A stretch of DNA of 55,890 nucleotides from Candidatus Saccharimonadota bacterium (GCA_017514675.1 JAFWIY010000021.1:1-55890); one strand, 5' to 3'. Positions 1 to 11,237 are shown, numbered from the stretch's first letter. Notes: generated by a model not told the origin, from the letters alone. A program made the numbers and translations.

Positions 1-588
1 ATGGCAAAACTATATTTTCGTTATGGCGCGATGGGGTGTGGCAAGACTATGCAGCTGCTCCAAGTCGCCTTTAATTATGAGGAGCGCGGACACAAAGTTT
101 GCGTAATAAAACCTAGTACCGACACCAAAAACGGCACCAAACTACTTACTCGCATTGGCCCCGAGCGCGAAACTGATTTCTGCTTTGATAAAAAAACCAA
201 CATCTATGACAAAATCGCCAAAAAATATAAAGATGTCCAATGTGTTTTAGTTGATGAGGCGCAATTTCTCACCCCGAAACAGGCCGACGAACTAATGCTA
301 GTCACCATTAATCTAAACATTCCGGTCATGGCCTATGGCCTCCGCCTTAATTTCCGTCGCGAAGACGGTGGATTTGAAGGCGCCACGCGCTTGCTTCAAA
401 TCGCCCACGACATAGAAGAACTTAAAACCATTTGCGAATGCGGCAAAAAAGCTACCTACAACGCTAGGTTCTTAAACGGTAAGTTAGTCGCTGACGGCCC
501 GGATATTTTAATCGACGACGGCAAAACCGACATCGAGTATCGCGCCATCTGCCCTGCTTGCTATGAAAAATATTTGGAGGAAAAATAA
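1..588 (+). CDS. tdk: thymidine kinase
   Basis: GAMGCGKT P-loop, VLVDEAQFL, YGL motif, C-terminal Zn-binding CECG...CPAC. Confidence 0.95.
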   Translation: MAKLYFRYGAMGCGKTMQLLQVAFNYEERGHKVCVIKPSTDTKNGTKLLTRIGPERETDFCFDKKTNIYDKIAKKYKDVQCVLVDEAQFLTPKQADELMLVTINLNIPVMAYGLRLNFRREDGGFEGATRLLQIAHDIEELKTICECGKKATYNARFLNGKLVADGPDILIDDGKTDIEYRAICPACYEKYLEEK

Positions 589-1208
589 TGTATATCGTAA
601 TTGAAGGCCAGGATGCCACCGGCAAAGACACCCAGGCAAAACTACTAAAAGAATATTTCGAAAAACAAGGCAAAACAGTCGTCGCCTACGCCGAATCCGG
701 CACCGCCAGTCAGGACCCATTTGTTTCCGAAATCGCTAGACTAAACTATGGCTCCAAGCAGGATATAGACCACCGCACGCGGGTATTGCTTTATTTAGTC
801 AATCGTTACGAACAGTGGCGCAAACTCGCCGAGCCGGCACTTAGTCAAGGCGGTGTAGTTATCACTACGCGCAACTGGTTCTCAACCTTGATTTACGAGG
901 GCTACGGCGGCGGGGTTAGCCGCGCTTTAATTACTAAACTCCATAAAACTGTAATGCCAGAAAGATATTTTAAGCCAGACAAAATCATTCTTCTCACGCT
1001 CAGCGAACAAGAGCAGGCCAAACGGCTAGGCACTCAAACCGACCAAAAATGGAATCGCAAAGAAGAAGTCTGGAAATCGCAAGGCAACAAATTTCAGCAA
1101 ATCATCAACAAAGGCTACCTAAAAGTTGCAAAAGACTACGATATCAAAACTATCGACGCCTCCGGCACTATCGAAGAAGTCTTCGCCAAAATCCAGAAAA
1201 ATCTATAA
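588..1208 (+). CDS. tmk: thymidylate kinase
   Basis: IVIEGQDATGKDTQ P-loop, TRNWFSTLIYEG, IDASGTIEEV; start overlaps the tdk stop. Confidence 0.9.
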   Translation: MYIVIEGQDATGKDTQAKLLKEYFEKQGKTVVAYAESGTASQDPFVSEIARLNYGSKQDIDHRTRVLLYLVNRYEQWRKLAEPALSQGGVVITTRNWFSTLIYEGYGGGVSRALITKLHKTVMPERYFKPDKIILLTLSEQEQAKRLGTQTDQKWNRKEEVWKSQGNKFQQIINKGYLKVAKDYDIKTIDASGTIEEVFAKIQKNL

Positions 1209-1238
1209 TAATAATTAAACTTATGCTATAATAAACCC

Positions 1239-2774
1239 ATGAAAAGGTGTGTTAAATATTTTGTAGGTGTTTTATTAACTTTAAGTGTTTTTGTGGGTGC
1301 TAGAAATGTACTAGCCCTCACCTACTCCCAAGACATTGACGTATCTTTCACCTTTCACCCAGTAATTGGGCTCACCCTCTCTTAAGACCTAATAATCCCT
1401 AACCTTACTCCAGGCACCGCCACAGACTCTAATATCATAGACGTTAATGTAATCACCAATAGCACCAATGGCTACACCTTAAACGCATCCGTAGGTAATA
1501 GCACTACCTATAACACCAGGAACCTAGTCCACACCAACAATACAGTACCAAACACTTTCTCTTCCGTAGATTTTGGTAGTAGTATTACAAGTAACACTAG
1601 TCTAAGTGATAACACTTGGGCTTATAGTTATTCTATTAATGACGGTACCGACTGGACTAATTACTCTGGCTTACCACTCTATTCTGATACTACTAATGTA
1701 GCTCAACTAAAGAACTCATCTACACCAGTATCTAGCGCTAGCGGAGATAATATCAAGTTCAAAATCGCTGCTAAAGCCAGCAATACCCAAGCTTCTGGCG
1801 AATATAGAAATGTAATCAACTTTGAGCTTGTAGCCACACCACTTCCTACTACCCTTTCTATGGCCTATGAGAATGCTGGCAAAGAAAAACTAAACGGCTA
1901 CTTTAAGCTCCAAGACATGAATGCAGATATCTGCAATGCCGCCGAAGTCCTAGACGAAGGCAGCCAGATGCAAGCTATAGATACCAGGGACAACAAAGTC
2001 TACTGGATTACTAAGCTCCGCGACGGTAAATGTTGGTTTACACAGAACTTGGATCACGATATAGACCCTAGTTTTAATTATACTCACAATAACACGGACC
2101 TCGGCTATAGCACTAACACTACTCAATCTTGGGTGCCGGATAAAGCTACTTACCAAACCGGGACAACGACATGGGACACTAGCTCTACTGGTTATAATAT
2201 CCAGCAATCTTACGACCCCGGAGATAAGATTTGGGATGGGGTAGCTTACCCGTTGCAGACTGTTTGCATATCTATTGATGATATGGCGCAAGGTCAAAAC
2301 ACGCATCATTCTCTAGGCAATTTTTATAATTGGGGCGCCGCCGTAGCCATAAACAATACCAGTGCTTATACCACAAAACATCAAGATGTAGATCAATCCA
2401 TCTGCCCTGCTAATTGGACCCTACCGGAAAGTGGCGACATAGACAGTATTCCGCAAACTCGGCCTGGCTCTTTCCAATATTTAGCGGAACAATATGGTTA
2501 TGATCCGCATCCGTTAAGTCAAGGAGAGCAACAAGAACCCCCCAAGCCGATGGACATATCTGTATATGAACCACCTTTTTACTTTACGCTGGGTGGAGCA
2601 TGGGATGGCGGGCCATCTTGTGGGGTTTCTAACAGTGGCGCATTTTGGTCCAAAGTTATTGGCGGCAATACTACATCATTCAGTCTTGATGCTGTTTCTG
2701 AAAATGATTTGACTGACCCGGGTTCTCAATTATACCGTTATCTAGGCTTGTTCGTACGATGTGTCTCTAGGTAG
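1239..2774 (+). pseudogene. FISUMP (Fibrobacter succinogenes major paralogous)-domain surface protein interrupted by one in-frame TAA at 1383-1385
   Basis: ATG 1239 follows TGcTATAAT and gives signal peptide MKRCVKYFVGVLLTLSVFVGARNVLA. The same frame continues after the TAA (DLIIPNLTPG...) into ORF 1860-2774, which has DTRDNKVY..KLRDGKCWFTQNL, GNFYNW, SICPANWTLP and terminal VRCV. Confidence 0.8.
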
Positions 2775-2858
2775 ATCGAAAAAAACAATATCACACCCTC
2801 AGCGCCGTAACCGACAAAACATATTTTGCTATACATTTTTTAAGGCCGCACCTATGGC

Positions 2859-4649
2859 TTAGCTCTCCGCAAACTGCGAATTGTAAAGCTCGGCATAAAA
2901 GCCACCAAGCTTCAAAAGTTCCTCGTGGTTGCCTTGCTCTACGATATTGCCATCGCGCATCACTAATATCAAATCCGAATTCCGAATCGTACTAAGCCTA
3001 TGCGCAATCACAAACGATGTCCGCCCGTGAGTAAGCTTTTCAAACGAATCCTGAATCAGCTGCTCGGTACGAGTGTCTACATTAGAAGTCGCCTCATCTA
3101 GAATCATCATCGGTGGGCTCTCCACCATCGCCCGCGCAATCGTCACCAACTGCTTTTCTCCGGCCGAGATATTATCCGAATCTTCCGAAATCTCTGAACG
3201 GTAACCCTTTGGCAACGCTTCAATAATATGATCTACGTTGCTGGCTTTGGCGGCGCGCCGGATATCATCTAGGCTCGCCGATTGGTCGCCATAGCGGAGA
3301 TTCTCCTCTACAGTACCAGAAAACAGCCAAGTATCCTGAAGCACCATGCCAAATAGTTTCCTTACATCTGCCCGTTTCATCTCACGTATTGGCACCCCAT
3401 CAATAGTAATATATCCAGAAGTCGGCTCATAAAACCGCATCAAGAGATTAATCAGTGTAGTCTTGCCGGCGCCAGTCGGGCCCACAATCGCCACTTTCAT
3501 GCCCGGCTTCACCTTGACACTAAAATTCCGAATAATCGGCCGACCTTCAATATAACTAAAGCAAACATCATGAAACTCTACTTCGCCCTGCACTTTTTCT
3601 AAGGTCTTGGCTGGCTCTGGATCCGGCTCTTCCTCGGGCTCGTTCAAGAACTCAAAAATCCGCTCCGAGGCTGCGAGTAAGGCCTGAATTGTAGAAGTCG
3701 TAGAAGCGATTTCGGTAATCGGCCGGTTAAAGCGCGACACATATTGGACAAAGGCCTGAATCTGTCCAATATTAATCTTTCCCTCAATCACAAACACGCC
3801 GCCCAACGCACAGACTGCCACAAAGCCAAGATTGGTAAAGATATGCGTGACCGGAAAAGACAAAGACGAAAAAATCTGAGCCTTCCTAGTTACTACCGTG
3901 AGCCGCTCGTTGGTTTTATCAAAGTCCTCCAAGGCGTCATCTTCGTATGAATTAGACTTAATCACGATTTGCCCAGAATAATCTTCCTCAATTTTGCTAT
4001 TTAATACCCCTAGCGTACTTTGCTGTTCGTGGAAATATTTCTGCGCAAACCGCATAATCCGCCCTACCACCACTACCGAAATCGGCACCACCACGAATGA
4101 AATCAGCGAAAGCGGCACGCTGATAGTGAGCATAATAATCATCACCCCCACTAGCGTAGTAAGACTCAGCGAAATGTCCGCAATTTCTTGCGACAAAGAA
4201 GTAGTCAGTACATCTACATCGTTTGCCATTCTAGACAGAGTATCGCCGTATTGATGTTTATCAAAGTAGGCAATCGGTAGTCGCGAGATTTTATCAATCA
4301 CGCTTTCGCGAAGATCTTTGGTGTATTTCGCCGAAACCACAGCCAGAATATAGGCCTGCCCGTAATTCAGCGCTGCCGAGCCCACGAATAACGCGATTAC
4401 TAAAATCGCCTTCGCTCCCAGCGCACTCCAATCCAAATCCGGATACGAATTAACCGCAATTGTAGTCATATCACCGAGTAACTTCGGGATAAATAGCCCG
4501 AGAATCGCCGAAGCCACGGTCAAAACTACCGCCAGTACAACAAACCACCGATACTTTCGAATAGATTTTAGCAAAATCTTTAGCGAAGCGCCGATATGTT
4601 TAGGCTTATCTACATCTGTCTTCTTAGGCATGACTACTCCTTTCGGCAA
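2859..4649 (-). CDS. ABC exporter, fused permease/ATPase (heterodimer subunit)
   Basis: N-terminal TM domain, GPTGAGKT, ISAGEKQ, ILDEATS, IAHRL. Confidence 0.92.
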   Translation of the reverse strand: MPKGVVMPKKTDVDKPKHIGASLKILLKSIRKYRWFVVLAVVLTVASAILGLFIPKLLGDMTTIAVNSYPDLDWSALGAKAILVIALFVGSAALNYGQAYILAVVSAKYTKDLRESVIDKISRLPIAYFDKHQYGDTLSRMANDVDVLTTSLSQEIADISLSLTTLVGVMIIMLTISVPLSLISFVVVPISVVVVGRIMRFAQKYFHEQQSTLGVLNSKIEEDYSGQIVIKSNSYEDDALEDFDKTNERLTVVTRKAQIFSSLSFPVTHIFTNLGFVAVCALGGVFVIEGKINIGQIQAFVQYVSRFNRPITEIASTTSTIQALLAASERIFEFLNEPEEEPDPEPAKTLEKVQGEVEFHDVCFSYIEGRPIIRNFSVKVKPGMKVAIVGPTGAGKTTLINLLMRFYEPTSGYITIDGVPIREMKRADVRKLFGMVLQDTWLFSGTVEENLRYGDQSASLDDIRRAAKASNVDHIIEALPKGYRSEISEDSDNISAGEKQLVTIARAMVESPPMMILDEATSNVDTRTEQLIQDSFEKLTHGRTSFVIAHRLSTIRNSDLILVMRDGNIVEQGNHEELLKLGGFYAELYNSQFAES

Positions 4650-6387
4650 GTTTTAGTTCGGCCAAGTATTCTTTGTCAGACAGCTGAGATTTAACAATTT
4701 CCTGATAGACCTTGCATTTTGTAATTAATTCTAAGTGTTTGCCTTTACCTACTATTTTCCCGTTGTTTAATACTACGATTTGGTCGGCATCCTTAATTGT
4801 GCTCACGCGCTGCGCCACAATTAGCACCACAGCGCTACGCGTAATCGGCTTCAAAGCTTCGCGCAGTTTTTTGTCGGTCTTCATATCTAGCGCCGAAAAC
4901 GAATCATCAAATATGTAAATATCCGGCTCTTTACAGAGTGCTCGCGCAATAGAAAGTCGCTGCTTTTGCCCGCCCGAAACATTGGTGCCACCCTGAGCGA
5001 TGTGCGAGCTGTATTGCTTTGGCATTTTCTCAATAAAGTTCTTTGCTTGTGCGATTTCGGCGGCCTGCCGAACTTGCTCATCTGTAGCGCCAGGCGCACC
5101 AAATTTAATATTAGATTTCACGGTTCCCGCAAACAACATTCCGCGCTGCGGCACAAAACCAATCCGCTTGATTAAGTCCTCTTTTGCGTAATCTTCCACC
5201 GCCAGCCCATTCACCAGTATCTCCCCCGCCGAGGCTTCGTAAAATCTCGGCACTAGGTTGATTAGAGTAGACTTGCCGGAACCGGTTGAGCCAATAAACG
5301 CCGTAGTCTGCCCGGCTTCGGCCCGGAACGAAATATTATCCAAAACTTTTTCCGCCGCCCCAGGGTAGGCAAAATCCACATCCCGAAATTCTACTGAAGG
5401 TTGTTTTTCTGGCATGCCTTGAGTTTTGGTGTGCCATTTGATTTTATTCGCCTTCGCTAGAACCTCATTGATACGTTGCGCCGAAACATTTGCCCGCGGC
5501 AGCATTACGAATAGCATCGACATCATCAAAAACGAAATCATCACATGTGTCACATATTGCGCAAACGCTGTCATATTACCTAGATACGCGAAATCTTTAG
5601 TCAAAAGCGAAATCCCAATCCACGAACAAAGTAGCGTAGTCCCATTAAAGATAATATTAATCAAAGGATTTTGAAGCTCCAAAATCTTATCGATAAAAAT
5701 GAGAAGTTTGGTTAGTTCATCGTTGGTTCGCATAAACTTTTTCTTTTCCAACTTTTCGTTATTAAACGCACGGATCACCCGAAGTCCAGTTAAATTTTCG
5801 CGCGTAAGCAAAGTGATTTTGTCAATCATGGTTTGAAAAATCTTAAACTTCGGAATCACGAGCGACATAATCAAAACCACCGAACCCAAAATCGCCACTG
5901 CGCCCACCAGAATAATCCACGACATATCCGGCGCCGTTTGCACCGCCATCACAATAGAAATGATACAAAACAGCGGCGCCCGAATTAGCATTGAGAGCAT
6001 CATAATAGTCACGGCTTGTACTTGGTTTACGTCATTAGTGGTGCGAGTCAGTAGCGATGCGGTACTAAAATCTTTCACATCTAAAATATTAAAATCTATC
6101 ACCTTCATAAAAACTGCGCGCCGAATATCGCGAGCAAAATTCGCTCCTACTCTCGCCGCAAAAATACTAGACACCAGCGACCCAGCCGCCGAAACCAGCG
6201 CCAGTCCAATCATGCGAAGCCCAGTCATCCAAATATACCCAGTGTCACCCGGCACGATACCGTTATTAATAATATCCGCCATCAATGCCGGCAAACGCAG
6301 CGTAGTATAAACCTGTAAAACCGTGGCGAGTACCAATATGACCACTTGCCAGAAATAAGGTTTTAAGAATTTAAAAAGTTTAAACAT
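4624..6387 (-). CDS. ABC exporter, fused permease/ATPase (degenerate-site subunit)
   Basis: GSTGSGKS, VSGGQKQR, degenerate Walker B FDDSFS and AQR switch, as in TM287/288-type heterodimers. Confidence 0.92.
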   Translation of the reverse strand: MFKLFKFLKPYFWQVVILVLATVLQVYTTLRLPALMADIINNGIVPGDTGYIWMTGLRMIGLALVSAAGSLVSSIFAARVGANFARDIRRAVFMKVIDFNILDVKDFSTASLLTRTTNDVNQVQAVTIMMLSMLIRAPLFCIISIVMAVQTAPDMSWIILVGAVAILGSVVLIMSLVIPKFKIFQTMIDKITLLTRENLTGLRVIRAFNNEKLEKKKFMRTNDELTKLLIFIDKILELQNPLINIIFNGTTLLCSWIGISLLTKDFAYLGNMTAFAQYVTHVMISFLMMSMLFVMLPRANVSAQRINEVLAKANKIKWHTKTQGMPEKQPSVEFRDVDFAYPGAAEKVLDNISFRAEAGQTTAFIGSTGSGKSTLINLVPRFYEASAGEILVNGLAVEDYAKEDLIKRIGFVPQRGMLFAGTVKSNIKFGAPGATDEQVRQAAEIAQAKNFIEKMPKQYSSHIAQGGTNVSGGQKQRLSIARALCKEPDIYIFDDSFSALDMKTDKKLREALKPITRSAVVLIVAQRVSTIKDADQIVVLNNGKIVGKGKHLELITKCKVYQEIVKSQLSDKEYLAELKLAERSSHA

Positions 6388-6392
6388 ATAGT

Positions 6393-8408
6393 CTAATTAT
6401 TATAACACTTTCCGTTAACTAAATCAGTTACCAGTCCACGCGCTTTTAGATAATGCTCCAGAGAATCGTATTCGCCATTATTGTATTTGCCGGTTGCGAT
6501 TTCGGTGGCCGCATCGATACCCACATAGCGATAATGCCAGGTTTCGTATAGGCCAGTGGTGCCATCTGCGTTTACATTGATAGGCTCACTCATCGGTCCA
6601 CCCGCCCAAGCGGCCGGAAATCTGTCGATAAAGCCATATTTATACGAATTAGCACGCAGCCATTGCCAGTCGATATGCCGATCATATGTGTCGGTATCTA
6701 GTGACGTACCATAAGCCGGGTCTAGCAAATCACAGGTTAGCCCCGTATGATGGTCGCTCTCGCCGGTGGCAGCACACAATCTGCCGCAGTTAGTCCCGCG
6801 CGACCGAAAACACGAACGCGTCTCTAATGTATGCCCCGGGTAGGCCGCTTCGTAGGCTTTTACCATATCATTGATATGCACGGCGGCTTCCGCGTCTAGT
6901 AGGTTGTCGCCATTATAGGCATTACCTTCCACGATTCCATAAAGCGCAGAAATACTGACCAATTCCCCGCGTCGCGAGGCAATAAAACTTTCCTCTACTG
7001 GAAAATTTGGGTTTACTAGCATTAGCTTACCAAACTCTATCGTGCAGTTTACAGAGCGCGCATTAGTAAAAACTTCGGGCTGTGCCGCTTCGGGTTCTGG
7101 TTCTGGTTTCGGTTCTGTCTTTTCGGTATCTGGCTGCTCGGCTTCATTTTTCTCGATGATCTCCGGCATAGGTTCCTCTGGCTCATTATCGCTTATATCT
7201 TCTACTTTTTCTTCCGTATTATGACTCTCTTTTCGCCAACCAAAAATATGTTTAAACTTCTCAAGCGTGGTTGGTTGTGGCTCATAATCATCGGCCTGTA
7301 CTCCTACCCTATACTCATTATCGTTAATTTTGATCACGAGCACTCCCTCGGCGCCATCCATTTCTAGTCGTGTTTCCGCCTCGGCTTCTTGCCAAATTAT
7401 TTCACTAAGATCTTCTGTAGCTCTAATCGGCACTACGCCAGTCCACCAGCTGATATATTCTCCTACAATTTCTCCCGCAGAAATTAATTTTTGTGGTTTA
7501 AAACTTTCTTGCATTTCTGTTACGATTGCCAAACTCTCCTCAAATGAAGCTTGGCGAGAGTTAGCGCCCAGTAAAGCCACCGTTATAATATGCTTATCTT
7601 GCAAATACCCAGACACCAGACAATATCCGGAAGCGTCGCCAATAAACCCAGTTTTTACTCCCACAATTCCCCGCTCACCCAAAATCCGATTGGTATTTGC
7701 TATTTCGCCGACACCAGGTAGTTCGTAAGTTTTTGTTCCGACAATTTCAGCTAGTACCGGATTCTTTAAGACTAGCCACGCTATTCTTGCGAGGTCCGCT
7801 GGAGTACTAGTAGTGGTATTGCTAAACCCGCTCGCATCCTCACCAATTGTTGTATGATGCATATCGTACTCGTTTAACATATTAGTAGCATACTCGCGAT
7901 AGTCATCCAGCGAACCAAAAGCCCATACCGCTAAGCTATCTGCCATATTATTGGACGAGGCGAGCAGTGTTGCCGCCAGTGCATCATACTCACTAATTTC
8001 TTCCCCTACCCAAACATAAGTATTAGAACCGTTATTATTGGCATACCAAAGATATCTGGCGTAATCATCGTTCGTAATGGTAATTATTTCACCGGTCTCG
8101 CCGAGCGAAAAAGGTTTCGCCTGTATAATAGCTAACGCCAGAATCATTTTTGCGGTACTGGCAGTAGGCCTAGCCTCATTACTATTCTCGAAAAATGTCT
8201 TCCCGTCTACTGCTATGGCGTAATTGCCACCCAGCTTGTCGCCGAGCACCTCAGCGCTCACGGCCTTCGGCAGATGATATACGTTATTAATAGTGAGATT
8301 TTTATCGATTGTAATAAAACTAATCAGAAACCACGTCAAAAATCCAACTACAATAGCTAGTAGCGCCGCCGACCAAATTCTACATTTATTACGCTTTTTT
8401 TGTTGCAT
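6393..8408 (-). CDS. two-domain D-Ala-D-Ala carboxypeptidase: serine peptidase S11 fused to VanY/M15B Zn peptidase
   Basis: N-terminal TM anchor; STAK, SNN and KTG motifs; Glu/Pro linker; SDHHTGLTCD and YETWHYRY motifs. Confidence 0.85.
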   Translation of the reverse strand: MQQKKRNKCRIWSAALLAIVVGFLTWFLISFITIDKNLTINNVYHLPKAVSAEVLGDKLGGNYAIAVDGKTFFENSNEARPTASTAKMILALAIIQAKPFSLGETGEIITITNDDYARYLWYANNNGSNTYVWVGEEISEYDALAATLLASSNNMADSLAVWAFGSLDDYREYATNMLNEYDMHHTTIGEDASGFSNTTTSTPADLARIAWLVLKNPVLAEIVGTKTYELPGVGEIANTNRILGERGIVGVKTGFIGDASGYCLVSGYLQDKHIITVALLGANSRQASFEESLAIVTEMQESFKPQKLISAGEIVGEYISWWTGVVPIRATEDLSEIIWQEAEAETRLEMDGAEGVLVIKINDNEYRVGVQADDYEPQPTTLEKFKHIFGWRKESHNTEEKVEDISDNEPEEPMPEIIEKNEAEQPDTEKTEPKPEPEPEAAQPEVFTNARSVNCTIEFGKLMLVNPNFPVEESFIASRRGELVSISALYGIVEGNAYNGDNLLDAEAAVHINDMVKAYEAAYPGHTLETRSCFRSRGTNCGRLCAATGESDHHTGLTCDLLDPAYGTSLDTDTYDRHIDWQWLRANSYKYGFIDRFPAAWAGGPMSEPINVNADGTTGLYETWHYRYVGIDAATEIATGKYNNGEYDSLEHYLKARGLVTDLVNGKCYNN

Positions 8409-9492
8409 TTTTTTGCTCCAATTTCTTTTCCCGGTGCATGAAGTAATAAATAATCGGCCCCATTATAATATATATATAATATGAGAAGAAGCGCCATACT
8501 AGCATCGCCCAGAAAATATATCCGGTAGAGAGCGCTGAAAATACCATAAAGAAGGTACCCTCAGCAGCGCCAGAGTTACCTGGTGTTGGCACAAAATAAA
8601 CTGCCGAAGTTACCGCTACGGTCGTCACGAAGCACGGCAAGAAATCTACGTCACCACCAAATGCCGTTAGTACAAAAAACGGAATAGCTGCTACAAGCGA
8701 ATTGAATACTACGGACAGCAGAATAGTCTTCGCGAACAGCCCTTTCTTTTTCAGAATTAATTTGATAGATTTGGCGTATTCGCCCACTTCGACTCCGATT
8801 TTTTCGATAGTCTTCTTCTGGTCTTTAACTATTTTTATTTTAGCCAAAAGCTTCACGAAAAGTACAATTAGCTCGGTCGTAGCTTTCGGTAAAAATGTCG
8901 CAATCATTACTACCACCGGCCAAAAACCATAAAACAATAGCCCGAAACACGCCGTAGCGATCAGCGGTGCATTATTGATGGTAAAGCTACCAACCAAGAA
9001 ACACGCAGTGGCAATAATCATAAAACCAATTTGCCCAGAAATCATCCCAAAAATCGGAATCGCAGTCGATGCTCCATTAGGTAGGCCGCTATTCTTTCGC
9101 ATGTAGTAAATCTGAAAAGGCTGGCCACCCACCGCTGCCGGCGTAATGTTGTCGTAGTACTTGCCAAGCAGCACAGTCCTCCTAGCTACTTTGACGGATT
9201 TTTTATAGTCGAAAGACTCTTTGCTGGACATTTCGCGCATCATCATAATGTATTTATGGATCTCGGCAGTTAAAGCAAAAAAGAAGCATAGCGCTGCTGG
9301 TAGCAAAAACCACCAACGCAATCGCACTTCCGATAACTCCGCCGCATTTTCGGAATTGCCAAATTCGGCAATTGCGGTCGCTGCGATTACGATGATATTT
9401 ATCAAAACAAATGTCACTATCAAGACGGGTTTTCGCCAAGTCTTTTTTGTTACTGTTTTATGAATTGGTTTTTTATTTAGAGAGTCGGTCAT
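8389..9492 (-). CDS. lysylphosphatidylglycerol synthase TM / flippase-like membrane protein
   Basis: NITPAAVGGQP, PTPGNSGAAEG, WRFFSYY motifs; multiple TM helices. Confidence 0.85.
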   Translation of the reverse strand: MTDSLNKKPIHKTVTKKTWRKPVLIVTFVLINIIVIAATAIAEFGNSENAAELSEVRLRWWFLLPAALCFFFALTAEIHKYIMMMREMSSKESFDYKKSVKVARRTVLLGKYYDNITPAAVGGQPFQIYYMRKNSGLPNGASTAIPIFGMISGQIGFMIIATACFLVGSFTINNAPLIATACFGLLFYGFWPVVVMIATFLPKATTELIVLFVKLLAKIKIVKDQKKTIEKIGVEVGEYAKSIKLILKKKGLFAKTILLSVVFNSLVAAIPFFVLTAFGGDVDFLPCFVTTVAVTSAVYFVPTPGNSGAAEGTFFMVFSALSTGYIFWAMLVWRFFSYYIYIIMGPIIYYFMHREKKLEQKNATKKA

Positions 9493-9493
9493 T

Positions 9494-10600
9494 TTAATCT
9501 CGCGATGCTTTAATGTTTGGATATTCGTCGATCAGAACTCTAATACAGCCAGCGATCGGGATTGCGATTATAGCACCAAGTAGTCCAAACATATACATAC
9601 CAATCACAACTGCGCATAGAATTACTACCGGCTGCAGATTCAGTGCGTCACCCTGAATCTTCGGCGAGATGATATTGTTTTCGATTTGGGCATATATTAT
9701 GTATACGATGGCAAAAATAAGAGCGGCAATAGGGCTAGAGAAGAACAAGAGCAACGTAACAAGTGTTCCACCAATAAATTGCCCAAACATCGGAATCATA
9801 TAAAAAGTCATCGTAATCATACCCATCGGAATGGCGAGTGTAGAAGAAAAGCCCATAATTAGAGAGAGTACAAACACTATTATCATTACAGCACAGCCGT
9901 CTATTGCCGCCACGATCATTTGGCGCGAAACGTAAGTCGATATCACATTTGCCATTCTACTAACGACATTTTTTGCTACTAATGTTGGTTTGCGGTCTTC
10001 TTCGCGTGCGCCAAGACTCTTCCAGAGTATACCCATCATTTCTGGCCCCTCTAGCAAGAATAGTAGAGTCAATACCAACACTAATACTAACTTCATTACA
10101 ATATTCGCTATGCCGCCTACACTCGAAATAATGTTCGGGCCAAGGTTGCCAAAAAGGTTATGCGAGATAGAGTCAAATGCGTTAGATATTTGCGCAGAAA
10201 GATTATCAATACCAATAGAACGTCCAAAATTATTAATCCCCTCCCAGCCGCCGAATGTTTTTTCGAAAGTTTCTGGGAAATTGGTGATAAACTTAGAGGT
10301 TTCATTTACTACTACCGGACCCACAATTGCCACAATCGCCCCGATTACAAAAACCACGATAAAATAAGCAGAAATCGCCGACATGGTTTGGTGTTTCTTG
10401 TCTTTACCGAAATGTCTGGTGAGGAAATTGTTCACCACGCGAACTAGTGGTTTTAGTGCTAGCGCTAAAAAAATTGAAATGCCGATAATTATCAAACCTT
10501 CGACCGCTTGTCCAATAAACAGATATAGTAAATATGCGATACCAGGAATCGCCCAAAACTTAATAAAAGTCCAGGTGTCCGTTTCGATTCGTTTTGCCAT
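9494..10600 (-). CDS. AI-2E family transporter
   Basis: IPMFG, QIENNIISPKIQG, GLLGAIIAIPIA; start moved to ATG 10600 behind SD AAAGGAGG. Confidence 0.88.
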   Translation of the reverse strand: MAKRIETDTWTFIKFWAIPGIAYLLYLFIGQAVEGLIIIGISIFLALALKPLVRVVNNFLTRHFGKDKKHQTMSAISAYFIVVFVIGAIVAIVGPVVVNETSKFITNFPETFEKTFGGWEGINNFGRSIGIDNLSAQISNAFDSISHNLFGNLGPNIISSVGGIANIVMKLVLVLVLTLLFLLEGPEMMGILWKSLGAREEDRKPTLVAKNVVSRMANVISTYVSRQMIVAAIDGCAVMIIVFVLSLIMGFSSTLAIPMGMITMTFYMIPMFGQFIGGTLVTLLLFFSSPIAALIFAIVYIIYAQIENNIISPKIQGDALNLQPVVILCAVVIGMYMFGLLGAIIAIPIAGCIRVLIDEYPNIKASRD

Positions 10601-10649
10601 TAAACCTCCTTTATAGACTAATTTTACCACAAATGTTATAATTAATACA

Positions 10650-11237
10650 ATGAAATTATTGATGCATACGTGTTGTGCGCCATGTAGCGTGTATTGTATT
10701 GACGCTTTACGCTCGGAAGGGCTAGAGCCGACTTTGTTTTGGTACAATCCTAACATTCACCCGTTTACCGAATACAAGGCTCGCCGGGATTGCCTCAAAG
10801 ATTACGCTAAAATGGTTGATGTTGAATTAATTTTAAAAGAAGAATACGGCCTGGATGAGTTTTGTAAAAACGTGATTGACAATTTAGACAATCGCTGCGT
10901 AAATTATTGCTATCCGAAGCGCCTATCCGAAACTGTGCGCTATGCAGTAGAAAATGGCTACGATGCTTTTACTACTACACTTCTAGTTTCGCCTTATCAA
11001 AAGCATGAAGAGTTGGTTAAAGTTTGCGAAAAATTAGCTAAAGATACTGGTGTTGAATTTTTATATCGCGATTTTCGCCCAGGGTTTCACGAGGGGCAAG
11101 CAAAAGCCAAAGAACTCGGCCTTTACCGCCAAAAATATTGCGGCTGTATCTTTTCGGAAGAAGATAGGTATTTACGACGCAAAAAAGATAAGATTACAGT
11201 AGAGGCGGTTTCAAAAAATAATAAAAATAAGGAGTAA
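10650..11237 (+). CDS. queH: epoxyqueuosine reductase QueH
   Basis: LLMHTCCAPCS, YNPNIHP, RCVNYC, YRQKYCGCIFS. Confidence 0.92.
   Translation: MKLLMHTCCAPCSVYCIDALRSEGLEPTLFWYNPNIHPFTEYKARRDCLKDYAKMVDVELILKEEYGLDEFCKNVIDNLDNRCVNYCYPKRLSETVRYAVENGYDAFTTTLLVSPYQKHEELVKVCEKLAKDTGVEFLYRDFRPGFHEGQAKAKELGLYRQKYCGCIFSEEDRYLRRKKDKITVEAVSKNNKNKE

Noticed and set aside
1383-1385. Stop-codon reassignment explaining the in-frame TAA
   Set aside because: TAA, TAG and TGA all end conserved genes normally here, and neither tRNA is a suppressor
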